A DNA stretch of 64,000 nucleotides from NCBI RefSeq assembly GCF_020745735.1, contig NC_083409.1, positions 19,426,341 to 19,490,340 of the forward strand. Reading direction: 5' to 3'. The DNA comes from Hemiscyllium ocellatum. Taxonomy: Eukaryota. The notes beneath the pieces were generated by a model. That model had not been told where the DNA came from. It saw only the letters and a list, made by a program, of their open reading frames with translations, and ran no database searches. Both the position numbers and the translations under genes were made by a program. The stretch's first letter is position 1. Every line of letters starts with the position of its first letter. Below, piece by piece: positions 25,965 through 40,600 of this stretch.

Positions 25965-27530
25965 AACATGGAATTCAGTTCACGGGGCTGCCCAATGGAG
26001 AGACATGGACCTCCTTCCCACTGAACCTCCCAACTGAGACCAGTAAACATGGGCCTCCTTCCCACTGAACCTCCTAATTGAGACCAGTAAACATGGGGCT
26101 CCTATCACTGGAACTTCCAATGGAGATGAGTGGATGGCTGAGTTTTTGAAGAAGTAAGCAAGAAGGTAGATAAAGGTAGAGCAGTACACTCTGTCTACAT
26201 GAACTTTAGTTCGGCCTCAGACAAGGTTCCCCCCGCCGTAGCAGACTGCTCAGTAAGATTATATCACATAGGATTCAGGGAGAGTGAGCCAATTGGATAT
26301 AAAATTGGCCTGATGGTAGGAGGCCAAGGCTGGTGAGAGACAGTTGTTCTTCAGACTGGGGGCCTGTGACCAACTGTCTGTCACAAGAATTGATCCTGGA
26401 TCCACTGTTGTTCATCATTTATTTGAACAATGTGGATGAGAAAATAGCAGGAATGGTCAGTAAGTTTGTGGCTGAAATTAAAATTGTTGGCATCGTCGAC
26501 AGGGAAGAAGGTTATCCAAGAGTGCAATGTCATCTTGATCAACTGGGCCAGTGTGTCAACAATTCCATTTAATTTCGATAAATGGAAGGAGTTACCTTCT
26601 GTTAAGACAAACCAGGGCAGGAATTACACAATTCATGGTAGAGCCATGGGGAGTGTTGTTGAACAGAGAGACTGAGGGGTACAGGTACAAAGTTCCTTGA
26701 AAGTGATGTCACTGGTAGACAGGATGGTGAAGAAGGTATTTGACACGCTCACCTTCACTGGTCAAAGCAGGGAGTACAGGAGCTGGGACATCATGTGACA
26801 GCTGTACAAGGCATTGGTAAGGCCACATTTGGACACTGTGCACATTTATGCTCATCCTTCTATTGGAAGGAAGTTATCACACTGGTTTGGATAAAATAAA
26901 GATTAACAAGATTGAAGGGTTTGAATTATAAGGCAAGGATGGATAGGCCGAGATGTTCTTCCAGGGAATGCAGAAGATTGAGGGGTGACCAGATAGAGGT
27001 TTATAGAATCATGGGGGTCATTGATAAGATGAATAGTCAAAGTCTTTTCCCCAGAGTAGGAGAGTCCAGTACTAGAAGGAATAGATTTAAGTTGAGAGGA
27101 GAAAGAATTAGAAGGGACCTGAGAGACAACCTTTTCGCGTATGGCGTGTATGTGCAATGAGCTGCCAGAGGATGTGGTAGAGGGGAGTACAATTACTACA
27201 TTTCCAGGACATTTTTACAGGAACATGGATAGGAAGGATTCGGAGAGATTTGGGCCAAACACAGCAAATGGGACTAGTTCAGTTTTGGAAACTTGGTCGG
27301 CATGGATGAGTAGAGCTGAAGGGCCTGATGCCATGCTGTAAAACTCCATAACTCTATGATGATGTCAACATGGTCCATCTTCCCATAGGACCAATAAACA
27401 GTAAACATGGGCCTCCTTCCCACTGGAACCTCCAAGAGGCACCAATAAACATGGATCTTCTTCCCACTGAATGCTTCAGAAGAGACCAGTAAACATGGGC
27501 CTCCTTCCCTCGGGACTGTCCAATACCTGA
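25965..27530. repeat. Degenerate 44-bp minisatellite (blocks 25965-26125 and 27385-27530, split by a CR1); related blocks at 7595-7790, 52370-52480 and 53575-53880
   Basis: Unit approximately TTCCCACTGAACCTCCAACTGAGACCAGTAAACATGGGCCTCC; period of 44 counted at 26011/26055/26099 and 27401/27445/27489. Confidence 0.8.
26150..27360 (+). mobile_element. Decayed CR1 3' half inserted in the 44-bp minisatellite of the third copy
   Basis: RT and 3' frames at 26333-27341; (CTATGA) tail near 27350. Confidence 0.8.
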
Positions 27531-29339
27531 GCTGCAAACCCCACATCCTCTCCATCACGTAGGGCTCTTATTTCAGTCTTAACGACATTGTCCGTCTCTG
27601 CACTACCTCAGCCCCTTGACGACAGAAACCCTAATTCCTGTTTGTCCCGCCGTCTAAATATATGATTCCAATGTCCTCTCCCAGCTTCCTGAAGCCAAAT
27701 CCCATAAACGCCAGCTTGTCTGATCTGGCGTGGTCTCTTCCCTGTCTTTCCATGTGTTGTTCCAGAATGACCCCTGACCTCACTGCCAGCCAATTGCCTC
27801 CATGGTCTTTCTCCTCCCTCACTCTGGGCACTGCTGCAGACTCACATTCCCTCCCTCCCCCTTCCATCTTCTCTCGCTGGTCTCCTGCCCATTGCTGCTT
27901 CCTCCATCCCACCATTGACAGCAGAGCCTTCAGACTACTAGAGCTCTCTGACCCCCTGTCCTTCATCCCACCCCCTCTCAATTGTTGTGCTATTGAATAT
28001 ACTGTTGAATGGCATTACTTTTTGTTCGCTGTTCCCTTGCCATTGATTTGCTGATGTAGTCCAGTAAATCTAGTCTGGCGTGTTCTCTGAGTTGGTTCAA
28101 AAGCGTTTTGATAGAGAAAACACTTTTCTGTAAACTGGGTTGTCTGTTTCTCCCAGTTTTTGTGTAAAGGTGAGACTAAGTGTGTGTAAGCTCTTATACA
28201 GCACAGACAGAGGTCACTTGGCCTATAGTGACTGTTAGTCAAATTAGTCCAATGAGTCCCATTTACCCAGCCCTTCCTGTAAAACCCTGCAATTGTTTCC
28301 TTTTCAGCTATTTCTCGAAATGCCCTTTTGAAAGTTGCTGTTGAATCCACTTCCACTCACCTTGCAGACAGTCACCAGGAACTCGCTGGATAAAAATGTT
28401 TCTATCTTCTCTCTTGTCCTTCAGACCCTTTCTGAAATGTGTGCCCTCTGGTTACTGACCCTCCTGCCTGGAGAAACAATTTGTCCTGCATCCCAACTCT
28501 CCAATTGAGAACCCCTCATTGAGTGAGACCTATTTCCAGCACAGGGGGAGAACATTCAGCCTGTCAGGGAAATGCTGTCATTTCATGGAGCAATCCAGTC
28601 AGTCCCACCCCCTCCCCTCGACCCCTAGAGCCTTGCAGGTTTATTTCCATCAAGAGCCCATTCAATCTGCCATTGCAATACCTGAGTTTCTTCACTTGCC
28701 TCACCTGAATGGGCACTAATTTCGAAGTCATTGCCAATTGCTGCTAAAAGCAAAGTCCTTCCTGACATCCTGTATCTCTTGCCCAACAAAATGCAAGTTA
28801 TTCTCAATGTGAAGATGGGATTTTGTCTCTACACGGACTGTGCGGTGGTCACTCTTACTGATACTGTCATGGACAGATACACCAGCAGCAGGCAGGTTGG
28901 TGAGGGTGATAGTGAGTATGTTGTTCCCTCTTGTTGGTTCCCTCACCACCTGCCCCAGGTCCAGTCTCGCAGCTGAATCAGGTGGAACTTGACCAGCTTG
29001 CTCAGTAGTGATACTTCTGAGCAACTCTTGAAGGTGGACTTTGAAGTCCCTTACTCAGGGTATATCCTGCATCCTTCCCTCCCTCAGTGCTCCCTCCAAG
29101 TGTTGTTCAACATGGAGGAGGACTGACTGCTCAGTTGAGGTTGGAGCGGAGGGCGGTGCTATGTGGTAATCAGCAGGAGGTTTTCTTCCCCATGTTTGAC
29201 CTGCTGTCATGAGGCTTCATGGGTTCCATAGTTAATGGTGAGGACTCCCAGGGCAATTCCCTTCTGACTGTACACACCACTGTGTTGCTTCCCCTGCTTG
29301 GTCTATTCTGCCAGTTAAAAACTGAATGAGAGAAGAATT

Positions 29340-29815
29340 CTGTGCAGGTTTCACAGCTTGGAGACAGAGCTGCTGCTGGATTCTGTTTCTAATCTCCAAG
29401 TGCAGGTGTGTGTGTTTGTGAGAGAATGACTGACACTTTTTCCATCACTGTGCTGTTTCTGAAAAGAAAAATCCCAGAACCAGCCTCCTGTGCTGTCAGG
29501 TTCCAGGGAGAGCAGACAGTTCACAGTTTTCTCCCATCTCAGTAACAAACACCCAGCTGCTCCGAGCTCCTTCTTTCACTTCCTCTTTTGGTGAAGTTTC
29601 AACTTTGCGATCTGACAGCCTTTGCAGCTATTTTTTTCACTGGGGCTTTCTGCTGTGGTCAGAATCTCTAATAATAAGTGTCCAATCAGTGACAATCACA
29701 GCAGCTAAGAGCAGTCAGGACTGAGGAGCCAGGCTCACTGGGAAACACATTGGGAAGATCAAAGCCATCCTCTTCATCTCCTGGTCCAAACTCCATCCCT
29801 CTCAACCAGACTCTT
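29340..29815 (-). promoter_or_regulatory. Candidate enhancer module, copy 2 (composite site 29574-29583; CAGCTG 29554-29559; extra CAGGTG 29403-29408)
   Basis: Same module; retains extra flanking sequence where the two arms carry a CR1 fragment. Confidence 0.45.
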
Positions 29816-30349
29816 TACAAATGTGGCCACATCTCTGAGAATGATCTGAGCCCTATATCTTCCATATTATACATACCAGCCACTGAAAATCTTAGTCATG
29901 TCTGTGGGACTCCAAATATGACCATTCCAATGTTGTGCTAGCACACATCACAGCAATCGCCCTCCGTAACCTTCAGTTCATCCCAAATTCTGGTTCCTGT
30001 ATCCAAACTTGCATCAAGTCCTGTTCCCCCAACCCCCTGCACCCTGTGTCTACATTGGCTCCTTTCCAGCAACTCCTTGATTTTCAAGTTCTCATCCTTG
30101 TTCTCAAAACCCTCTCTGCCCTCCACCCTCCCTATCTTTGCCTCAGTCAGTGTGATCAGCAATCTTGGATGTACAGCTCTCTGTTTCTTCATCCAAGTCA
30201 TTGAGAAATATCATAAAAAGCTGAGCTCGCAGCACAGATCCCTGGGGATACCACTATTCACATCTTCCTCACTGGAGGATGCACTCACTATTCTTCCTCT
30301 CTGCCTCCTACCTCCAAACTAATTCCTGACCAAAGACAAATACTTTTCT

Positions 30350-31400
30350 CTGATTGGCTTGATGGTACGAAGCAGTGGGTAATAGTGGAAGGATGCTTGT
30401 CAGACGAGAGGCCTGTGTCTAGTGGAGTGCCTCAGGGCTCGGTCCTGTGTCCATTACTCATTGCTATCTACATCAATAATTTGGATGAGAATCTGCAAGG
30501 CGTGATTGGTAAGTTTGACGATGACATTACAATAGACATTGAGGGAGGTTATCAGAAATTGGAGCAGGACATTGATCAGCTGGAGAAATGAGCAGAGAAA
30601 GGACAAAATGAGTTCAGAAAGATAATTGTGAGGTCTTGCACTTTTGGAAGTTTAATCAAGGTGTGAGTACCATGGTGAATGGTAAGGCCTTAAGGACTGT
30701 AGTGAAACAGAGAGATCTTGGAGTTCAGGTACACGGTTCTCTGGAAGTTGAGTCACAGTTTGACAGGGCAGTGAGGAAGGCTTTTGACACACTGGCCTTC
30801 ATCAGTCAGGGCATTGAGTATAGAAGTTAAGAAGTTATGTTACCATTGTACAGAACGTTGGTGAGGTCGCACTTGGAGTATTTGGTCACCTTGTTATAGG
30901 AAGGACATTATTAAACTGGAACGAGTTCAGAGGAAATGTACAAGCATGTTGCCAAGACTCAACAGTCTAAGTTTTTGTGAGAGGTTGGACAAGCTAGGAC
31001 TTTTTTTGGAGAGTATAGGAGACTGAGGGGTTTTTTTTAAAAAAGTGTATAAGATCTTGAGAGACATGGATAAGGTGAATGCACTCAGTCTTTTTCCCAG
31101 GGTTGGGGAATTGAGGATGAGAGGGGTTTTAGGTTAGAGGGGAAAGAATAAAAGGGAACCTGAGGGACAACTTGTTTACACAGAGGGTGGCGCACATATG
31201 GAATGTGCTGCCAGTGGAAGTGATTGAGGCGGGTATATTAACAACTTTAAAAAGGCATTTGGACAAATACATGGATAGGAAAGGCTCCGAAGGATATAGG
31301 CCAAGTGCAGGGAAATGGGGTTAGGGTGGATGGACATTTTGGTCAGCATGGACCAATGAGGAACAAAAAGCCTGTCTCTGTGCTGTAGGACTCGATGACT
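30350..31400 (+). mobile_element. CR1 3' portion
   Basis: SGVPQGSVL and KFDDD frames; GACTCT tail. Confidence 0.8.
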
Positions 31401-32739
31401 CTTTGACTCTATAATTCCATAGGTTTCCATATTTACGAACAATATCTCAAACACAGAAACAAAGGAACGAGCAGCAGGACTAGGCCATTCAGCCCTTCGA
31501 GTGGGGTCTGCCATTAAATATGACCATGGCTGATCATTGAACTTAGTCCCCTGCTCCCACTTTTTCCCCATAACCTTAATCCCTTTAGTCCTAAGTCCCT
31601 TTAGACTTTCTTGAAAACTTTTAATGTTTTGGTCTCAACTGCTTTCTGTGATAGAATATCCCACGAGCTTCCCAGTCTCTGGCTAAAGAAATGTCTCCTC
31701 AGCTCAGTCTGAAATAACCTTTCCCTTTTCTTTAACTGTAATTCCTGGTTCTGAATTCTCCAGTCATCAGGAACATCCTTCCTGTGTTTTTCCGGTCTTG
31801 TCCTGTTAGGATTTTAAAGGTTCCAATGTGACTCCTCTCAATCTTCTAAACTCCAGTGAATATAATCCTAACCAATCCAGTTTCTCAACCGATCTAAATG
31901 CTGTCATCCCAGGGATCAGTCTGGTAAACTTTTGCTGCCCTCCTTCCGCAGCCAGAACATCCTTCCTCAGATAAGGAAACCAAAACTGCACACAACAGAA
32001 TCATAAAATCACACAGTACAGAACAGGCTCTTCAGCCCATTAACTGTGTTCCAGCCAAACTACACTAAACCTACACCAATCCCACTTTCCAATATGAGGC
32101 CCACAGCTCGATTTTTAATGACATTTCAACTGCTCACCCAAGTACTTTTTAAAGTTTGTGAGGTTTCCCACGTCAACTCCCCTCCCAGGCTATGCATTCC
32201 AGACCCCTATCACCCTCTGGATAAAAAACATTTTCCTCAAAACATCTTGAAACTTCCTATCTTTCACATTGAATGTGAGCCAACTTGTTATTGACCCTCT
32301 CATGAAGGAGAACAGCTGCTTTCTATCCACCCTGTCCATTCCCCTCATAACCTTATACACCTCGATCAGGTTCCCATTTCCACCTTCTCTGCTCTGAAGA
32401 AAACAACCCGAGCTGATCCAAAATCTCTTCATCACTGAAAGGTGCCATCTCACACAACATCCTGGTGATTCCCCTCTGCACCCCATCCAGTGCAATCACA
32501 TCCTTCCTACAGTGTGGTGACCTGAACTGCACACAGTACTCCAGCTGTGGCCTCACCAATGTTCTGCTTAACTGCAGCATATCCTCCTGCTCTTATAGCC
32601 AATACCTGAAATGACCAAGGCAAGTGTCCCCTGTGCTTTCATAACTGCTCTGTTAACCTGTCTTGCCACATTCGGGGATCAGTGGACAAGTACCCCAAGA
32701 TCACTCTGTTCCTTTGAGCTTTCTCAGGTCCAAGAACAA

Positions 32740-35700
32740 GGGACAAAGAAAATTACAAAACAGGATCAGGCCCTTCGGCCCTCCAAGCCTGCACTGATCC
32801 ATAGCTTCTATCTAGATCTATCATCAATTTTCCAAGGATCTGTATCCCTCTGCTCCCTGCCAATTCATGCATCTATCTCAATACATCTTTAATGATGCTA
32901 TCATGCCCGCCTATACCACTTCCGCTGGCAACGTGTTCCAGGTACCAACCACTCTCTGCGCAAAGAACTTTCCACGCATATCTCCCTTAAACCTTTCTCT
33001 TCTCACCTTGAACCCATGGTCCCTAGTAATTGAACCCCTCACTCTGGGAAAAATCTTCTTGCTATCCACCCTGTTTATAGCTCTCATGATTTTGAAGACC
33101 TCTAGCAGGTCCTCCCTCAATCTTCAATTTTCTATTGAAAATAATGCTAATCTACTCACCTCTCTTCATAGCTCATGCCCTCCATATGAGACAATCCTGG
33201 TTAAGCTCCTCTGCACCGTCTCCAAAGCATCCTCATCCTTTTGGTAATGTGGCGACCAAAACTGTATGCAGTATTCCAAACGTGGCCAAGCCAAATTCCG
33301 ATACAATTCTAACATGACCTGCCTACTCTTGTACCCCAACCGATGAAGGAAAGCATGCCATCTGCCTTCTGGACCACTCTATCAACCTGCATTACCACCT
33401 TCAGGGTACAATGGACCCGAACATCCAGATCTCTCTGTGCATCAATTTTCCCCAGGGCTTTCCATTCAGCATATAGTTTACTCCAGAATTGGATCTTCCA
33501 AAATTCCTCAGATCACATTTGCCCGGATTGAACTCCATCTGTCCGTTTCTCTGCCCAACTCTCCAATCTATCTATATTCTGCTGCATTCTCTGACAGTCC
33601 CCTTCACTATCTGCTACTCCACCAATCTTAGTGTCATCTACAAACTTGTTAATCAGACCACCTATACCTTCTTCCAGATCATTTATATATATAATATAAA
33701 CAAGAGTGTTCTCAGCACGTATTCCTGTTCTCCATTTTGAGAAACTCCCTTCCACTACTACTCTCTGCCTCCTGTTGCCGAGCCTGTTCTCTATCCATCT
33801 AGCTAGTACACCCTGGACCCCATGCGACTTTAATTTCTCCATCAGGCCACATGGGGAATGTTATCAAACACCTTACTGAAGTCCATGTGTATGACATCTA
33901 CAGCTCTTCCCTAATCTATCAACTTTGTCACTTCTTCAAAAAATTCTATGAAGTAGGTAAGACATGAAATTCCCTGCACAAAATCATGTTGCCTATCACT
34001 GATACATCTATTTTCTTCCAAATCAGTATCTGCTTCAGCAGCTTCCCTTCCACTGATGTCAGGCTCACCGCTTGATAATTACCTGGATTATCTTTGCTAC
34101 TCTTTTTATACAAGGGGACAACATTAGCGATTCTCCAGTCCTCTGGGACCTCACCCGTGTTCAAGATTGCTACAAAGATATCTCTTAAGGCCCCAGCTAT
34201 CTCCTCTCTTGCTTCCCGCAGTACCCGGGGATAGATTCCATCCTGACCTGGGGACTTGTCCACCTTAATGCCTTTTGGAATGCTCAACACTTTCTCCCTC
34301 CTTAAACCAACTTGATTAAGAGTAATCAAACATCTATCCCCAACTTCAACGTCTAGTTTTTCCCTCTCCTTGGTGAGTACCAAAACAAACCGCTCATTAA
34401 GAATCTCTCCCATTTTCCCTGACTCCATGCATAACTTTCCTCTGTCCTTGAGTGGGCCAACCCTTTCTCTAGTCACCCTTTTGCTCCTTATATATGAATA
34501 AAAGGCTTTGGGACTTCCTTAACCCATTTTGCTCATGATGTTTGGTGACCCCTTTTAGCCTTTTTAATTCCTAATTTCAGATCGGTCCTAGTTTCCCAAT
34601 ATTCTTCCAAAGCTTTGCCTGTTGTCAGCCACCTAGACTTTATGTATGCATCCTTTTTCCTCTTAGCTAGTCTCACAATTTCACCTGTCATCCAGGGTTC
34701 CCTGATCTTGTCATTTCAATCCCTCATTGTCACAGGGACATGTCTGTCCTGCATCTAATCAAACTCTCTTTAAAAGCCTCCGACATTTCAAATGTTACCC
34801 TCAAACAGCTGCTCCCAATCCACATTACCCAGCTTCTGCCGAATTTTGCTGTAGTTGGTCTTTCCCCCAGTTTAGCCCTGTTCCTTTTGGACCACTCTCG
34901 TCTTTGTCCATTAGCATTCTAAAACCTTACGGAATTGTGATCACTGTTCCCAAAGTAATCCCTGACTGAGATTTCAACCACCTGGCTGGGCTCATTCCCC
35001 AACACCAGGTCCAGTATGGCCCCTTCCTGAGTTGAACTATTTACATACTATGTAAAATCCTGCTGGGTGCTCCTTACAAATTTTGCTCTGTCTAAACCTA
35101 TAACTTTAAGTGAATCCCCGTCAATGTTGGGAAAATTAAAATCTCCCATCACCACCACCCTGTTGCTCCTACATCTTCCATAATCTGTTTACATATTTGA
35201 CCTCTATCTCGCGCTCAATGTTGGGAGGACTATAGTACAGCCCCAGCATTGTTACTGCACCCTTCCTGTTTCTGAGGTCTGCCCAAATTCCCCCTCTGCT
35301 CAAGTCCTCCTTCGTGCCTTCCTTCAGCACAGCTGTGATATCCTCTCTGACCAGTAATGCTACTCCTCTACCCCTTTTACCTCCCTCTCGAACCCATCTG
35401 ATACACCTGTATCCTGGGATATTTAGTTGCCAATCTTGCCCTTCCCTCAACCAAGTCTCAGTAATAGCAATAACATCATACTACCAGGTACAAATCCAAG
35501 CCCTAAATTCCTCTGCCTTACCTACTACACTTTTTGCATTAAAATAAATGCATCTCAGACCACCTGCCCCTTTGTGTTCATCATCTACCTATTCTTACCC
35601 TTAGTCACGCCCATTTCATTACCTAGTTCCTTACAGGCTTTAGTTACTACCTCCTTACTGTCCACTAACCTCCTCATTTGGTTCCCATCACTCTGCTACA

Positions 35701-36200
35701 TTATTTTGAACCGTCCCCAAGAACGTGAACAAAAGTAGGCTGGAGGACATTGGTTCCAGTCCTGCCCAGGTGCAGGCATTCTTGATTTGTAGTAGTCCCA
35801 CCTCCCCCAGAACCAATCCCAATGTCGCAAAAATCTGAAACCCCCCACTGCGCCATCTCTCAAGCCACTCATTCATCCTGCCTATTCTTCCATGTCTATT
35901 CTGACTAATACGCGGCACTGGTTGCAATCCTGAGATTACTACCTCTGAGGTCTTATTTTTAATGCGGTTCCTAACTCCCTAAATTCTGCATGTTGGACCT
36001 CATCCCGTTTACTATATATATCATTGCGGCCTACATGCACCAGCACAGCTAGCTGTTCATCCTCCCCCTTCAGAGCTATTCTGGAGTCTCGTTTTTGACC
36101 CCAGAACCACCTATCTATTCCCCTTACAAAGTCCAAATAAACCACATCCGCTGGCTCCCCCTTGTCAAATCCACTCACTACATCCTCAAACAAGCCCAGT
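32740..36200 (-). mobile_element. Long decayed CR1 (ORF1 remnant, endonuclease and RT)
   Basis: Frames 35939-36232, 35688-35927, 35169-35450, 33946-34476, 33513-33842 and 32911-33120. Confidence 0.85.
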
Positions 36201-36544
36201 CGATTTGTTAAGCATGATTTTTCTTTAGACAATCCATGCTGACTCTGCCCAATTCTGTCACTGCTTTCTCAGTGCAAAGCTAGAAAATATTTTATAATGA
36301 ATTTGAGCTTGTTCTCCTCTGCTGGTGTCCGACTAATTGGTCTAAAATTCCCTAAAGTTAATGCTCAATGTTTCCCTTCATGGGAAAGTAAGGGCTACAC
36401 AGAAAACCACTGAGTGACCACTAGGACACGATCCAGAATACAGGAGGATCAGAAAGCTGAATTGTAGCTATTTCAATGTAAGGAGCTTGACCAGTAATGT
36501 GGTTGAACTGAGAACATTGAACGGCACTTGGGAATATAGAGTCA

Positions 36545-37600
36545 GCGAGACATAGAGATGTACAGCATGGAAACAAACCCTTTGGTCCAACCTGTCCATG
36601 CTGACCAGATGTCCCAACCCAATCTAGTCCCACCTGCCAGCACCCGGCCCACATCCCTCCAAACCCTTTTTATTCATGAGTGCATCCAAATGCCTTTTAA
36701 ATGTTGCAATTGTACTAGCCTCCACCACTTCCTCTGGCAGCTCTTCCATGCACGTAAACCCCTCTGCGTGAAAAAGTTGCCCCTTACGTCTCTTTTATAT
36801 CTTTCCCTTCTCATCATAAACCTATGGCCTCTAGTTCTGGACTCCCCAACACCAGGGAAAAGACTTTGACTATTTATCCTATCCATGCCCCTCATAATTT
36901 TGTAAACCTCTATAAGGTCACCCTCAGCCTCCGACACTCCAGGGAAAACAGCCCCAGCCTGCTCAGCCTCTCACTTTAGCTCAAATCCTCCAATCCCCTC
37001 ATCCTAATAAATCTTTTTTGAACACTTTCAAGTTTCACAACATCTTTCCGATAGGAAGGAGACCAGAATATTTCAACAGTGGCCTCACCAATGTCCTATA
37101 CAGCCACAAAATGACCTCCTAACTCCTGTATTCAATACTCTGACCAATAAAGGAAAGCATAGCAGACACCTTCTTCACTATTCCATCTACCTGTGACTCC
37201 ACTTTCAAGGAGCTATGAACCTACACTCCAAGGTCTCTTTGTTCAGCAACACTCTCTACGACATTACCATTAAGTGTATAAGTCCTGCTAAGGTTTGCTT
37301 TCCCAAAATGCATCACCTCGTATTTATCTGAATTAAACTCCATCTGCCACTTCTCAGCCCATTGGCCCATCTGATGAAGATCCCGTTGTAATCTGAGGTA
37401 ACCTTCTTTGCTTAAAAGAAATCCCTGAAGAAGGGCTTATGCCCGAAACATCGATTCTGCGGCTCCTTTGATGCTGCCTGACCTGCTGCGCTTTTCCAGC
37501 AACACATTTTAAGCTCTGATGTCTAGCATCTGCAGTCCTCACTTTCTCCTAACCTTTTTTGCTGTCCACTTCACCTCCAATTTTGGTGTCATCTGCAAAT
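36545..37600 (-). mobile_element. CR1 3' half with nested Penelope terminal fragment (37421-37550)
   Basis: GDLIEVYKIMRG frame at 36674-36937. Confidence 0.8.
37421..37456 (+). ncRNA. Minimal hammerhead-like motif (CTGAAGA-A-GGGC-TTAT-GCCC-GAAA-C-ATC-GATT)
   Basis: Core intact; located at the 5' boundary of a short Penelope-derived insertion. Confidence 0.55.
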
Positions 37601-37699
37601 TTACTAGCCATATCTCTTATGCTATTTCATATGCTGTTGCATTGTCTTTTTGGAATATCATGTTGTTGCAAATCCTGAGACAAGATTGAACAAAGATAG

Positions 37700-40600
37700 G
37701 ACTGGCTGCTCAACATTCCAGGATAGACAAGTCTGAGGTGGGATAGACAGGGTGCAAGAGAGGTGGGTGTGTTGCATTATTGATAAAAGAAACCATGACT
37801 GCAGTATTGCTACTGAAGGAGCATTTCTTGGAAGGGTCTTCAAATGACGCCGTCTGGGTAGAGCGAGACAAAAGGACAATCACTTCGCTGGGATTATACC
37901 ACAGGCTCCCCAATAGTCAGATGGAGAGAGAGGAGCAGATATGTCGGCAAATCACTGAGAGGCGTGAGGGGAATAGGGCTATATTAGCAAGGAATTTCAA
38001 CTTCTCTAACATAAACTTTATGTTTGACTTCACGTGAAAGGAATTTTTAAAGTCCAACCAGGAGAGCTTTTGGTGCCATTACGTAGATAGTCCCACTAGA
38101 CATGGGCAGTGCTGGGCTCAATCCGAGTAATGTCAAATTGTTGAAGAGTCAATGGGTGAGCATTTTGGAGATAGGGAACATAACTCTGTACGTTTCCTAA
38201 TTATTATGGAAAGGAATAAGGGTAGCGCGGAAGTTAAGTGTCTAAAGTGAGGCAAGAGCTAAAAATATGTTGCTGGAAAAGCGCAGCAAGTCAGGCAGCA
38301 TCCAAGGAACAGGAGATTCGACGTTTCGGGTATAAGCCCTTCTTCAAGGCCAATTTCAATTTCATTAGACAGGATCTGGCAAACATAGACTGGGATCAGT
38401 TACTTGGAGGTCAGTCTACATTTGGAAAGTGGGGATCTTTTTAATGTAGTTCAGGATCAGCTCAGAAAGAAAGGCAAGGACAGCAGCTCCTGGGATCTTG
38501 GATGTCAAAGGACATGGATAGTTTGAGAAAGAAAAACGAATACGCACATACAAAGTACAGAGCATCAAAAAGCGGGGAGTCCCTTCAGGAGAAGAGAGAG
38601 TGTGGGGAGGTGCTTAAAAAATAGGAGGACAAAGAGGAGCCATAAAATATCTTTGGCAGCCTGATCCCCTCATCACAGAATACTTAGGAAAGTGGCATTA
38701 GAAAGAATAGATGCAGTCGTCGTCATCTTTCAGAAATCTAGACTCAGGAGCAGTTCCTATGGATTGGAAAGTGGCTAACATAACCCCACTATTTAAGAAG
38801 GAAGACAGAGAGAACACAGTGGTTTTTGTCGACCAGTTAGCTTGACATCAGTAGTGGGAGAAATACGGGAGTCTATTATAAAAGGTGCGCAGCAAATGTT
38901 GTTGTAACCTGTACCTTATGAACCGGCATTCTTGACAAACCGGCAAAAGTTATATCCCTCAAATGCTGCAAAATTTAATGTATCATTCTGTCCAATTATT
39001 ATACATTTATAATTTATTAACTTCAGTGTAAATATACTTGTTTTTCAATTGAATGGCCACATGAAATACCAACAGTTGATTCAATTTCGAGTCAATTTCT
39101 CCTCAAACACGGCGACCTGCCGCGATGCCCGGGTAATCAGTTGAGAGTGTGAGTGAGAAGGATGTGGGGACAAAGTGGGCTATTCTAGATACAAAGCATT
39201 GCTGACCACAATCATCACCTAGTGGCCTGCTGGGTGTAGCTTGTCAGGAGCTGAACAAGAAAGAAAGAGTCATTAAGCTGAACAAGAAAGTTTGCAATTA
39301 AAGATGCCCAAGTTAAGTACATAAATCACATACTGAGAGCAAAAGGATTTGCCTGGATTCTGGAAAGGTAAGAGCGGTGGCAGTGATGTGGTGACTGACA
39401 GATGTGAAAACAGTGTAAGGGTTTGTTGGATTCATCAAATATGAAGTGTCAATTTCTAATTAGAGTGACAATCATGATGCTAGCCAACTATTCCCATCCC
39501 AACTGCTGGTATTATTGGACAACACAGACCTCAGACTGAAACAAACCCAAAAACTGCTGAAGAAATGCAGTTGGTCTGCAGCAGCTGTAGAGCATAAGTA
39601 CGCAATGCTGATGATTTAGATTGAATAATAAGACCTCAGTGCACAAAGGAAATGAAGATAAAATAAAGCATACTGACAGAAAACACAATTTCAAAAGATT
39701 TCAAAACACGGCAAAATAAAATCCTTTCTATTCTAACATTATTGCTTTATTGTACTTAAATAACAGGGAGAAGGGGTTCATTTCTCTATCGCGTCTTTCG
39801 GTTTAACTTAACTGTAGTTTTCATTTCATTGTCTTGGAAGTTTGATTGCCTTTTCCTTGATGAATACTTCGCTGGCCACAGGTGTAGTGTCAGACTGGAG
39901 GATTGTCAATGTGGTTCCTTTGTTCAAGAAGGGCAGCAGGGATAGGCCAGGCAATTCCAGATCAGTTAGTCTGATGTCAGTGTGAGGGAAATTATTAGAA
40001 AAAATCCTGAAGTACAGGATTAAGCAATACTTGGAGAGGTAGGGATGCCAGTATTGATTTGTTTGACAAAGGCACCACATGGAAGGCTGGTCCAGATGGT
40101 CAGAGCCCATGGGATCCAAGGCAAGTTGACAAGTTGGTGAAGGGTTGTCTTCGTAATTGGTAGCCTGTGACCAGTGGTGTATGACAGGAATTGGGGCTGC
40201 GACCCTTTCTGTTTGTAATGTACCTTAATGAATTGACTGTGATTGTATAATTAGAAAGTTTTCAGATGCCACATAAATTGGTGGTGTTGTTGATATTCAT
40301 TTCGTTTTATTTTATTGTTACATGGACTTAAATACAAAAGTATGTGATGTCACCTTGGAAGGAGCCATCTGAGGAACAAGGACCGAGGTACAGAATCTTA
40401 AGAACAAGATATAAAGAAAGCACAAATTTAAGAGTTACACGTTACAGACATCTTGACCTTTTTAGTTTTAAGAAGAAAATAAAGAAATAAATCTGGAAAT
40501 TCAATCATTACAGTCTTTCTTAAGCACTGAGCTACCATGGGATCATACTTTGAATCATCACTTCGAGACCGGAAGGCAAGCTGAGGCTGTGTTGGGCTGA

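Larger units (their letters stand above)
25000..32700 (+). repeat. Third, gene-less copy of the V-upstream region (same orientation as the left arm)
   Basis: Blocks at 25455-25860, 27540-27690, 29500-29815, 29905-30340 and 31450-32600 match 5430-5825, 7800-7935, 10965-11300, 15920-16390 and 16430-17560 in order and orientation. Confidence 0.8.

Noticed and set aside
25965-26125. CRISPR-like periodicity
   Set aside because: These are head-to-tail degenerate units without unique spacers, in a vertebrate context.
39211-39230. CTCF-like site (CCACTAGGTG on the minus strand) in the palindrome spacer
   Set aside because: The core lacks the following GGC, and it is a single copy with no conservation evidence.
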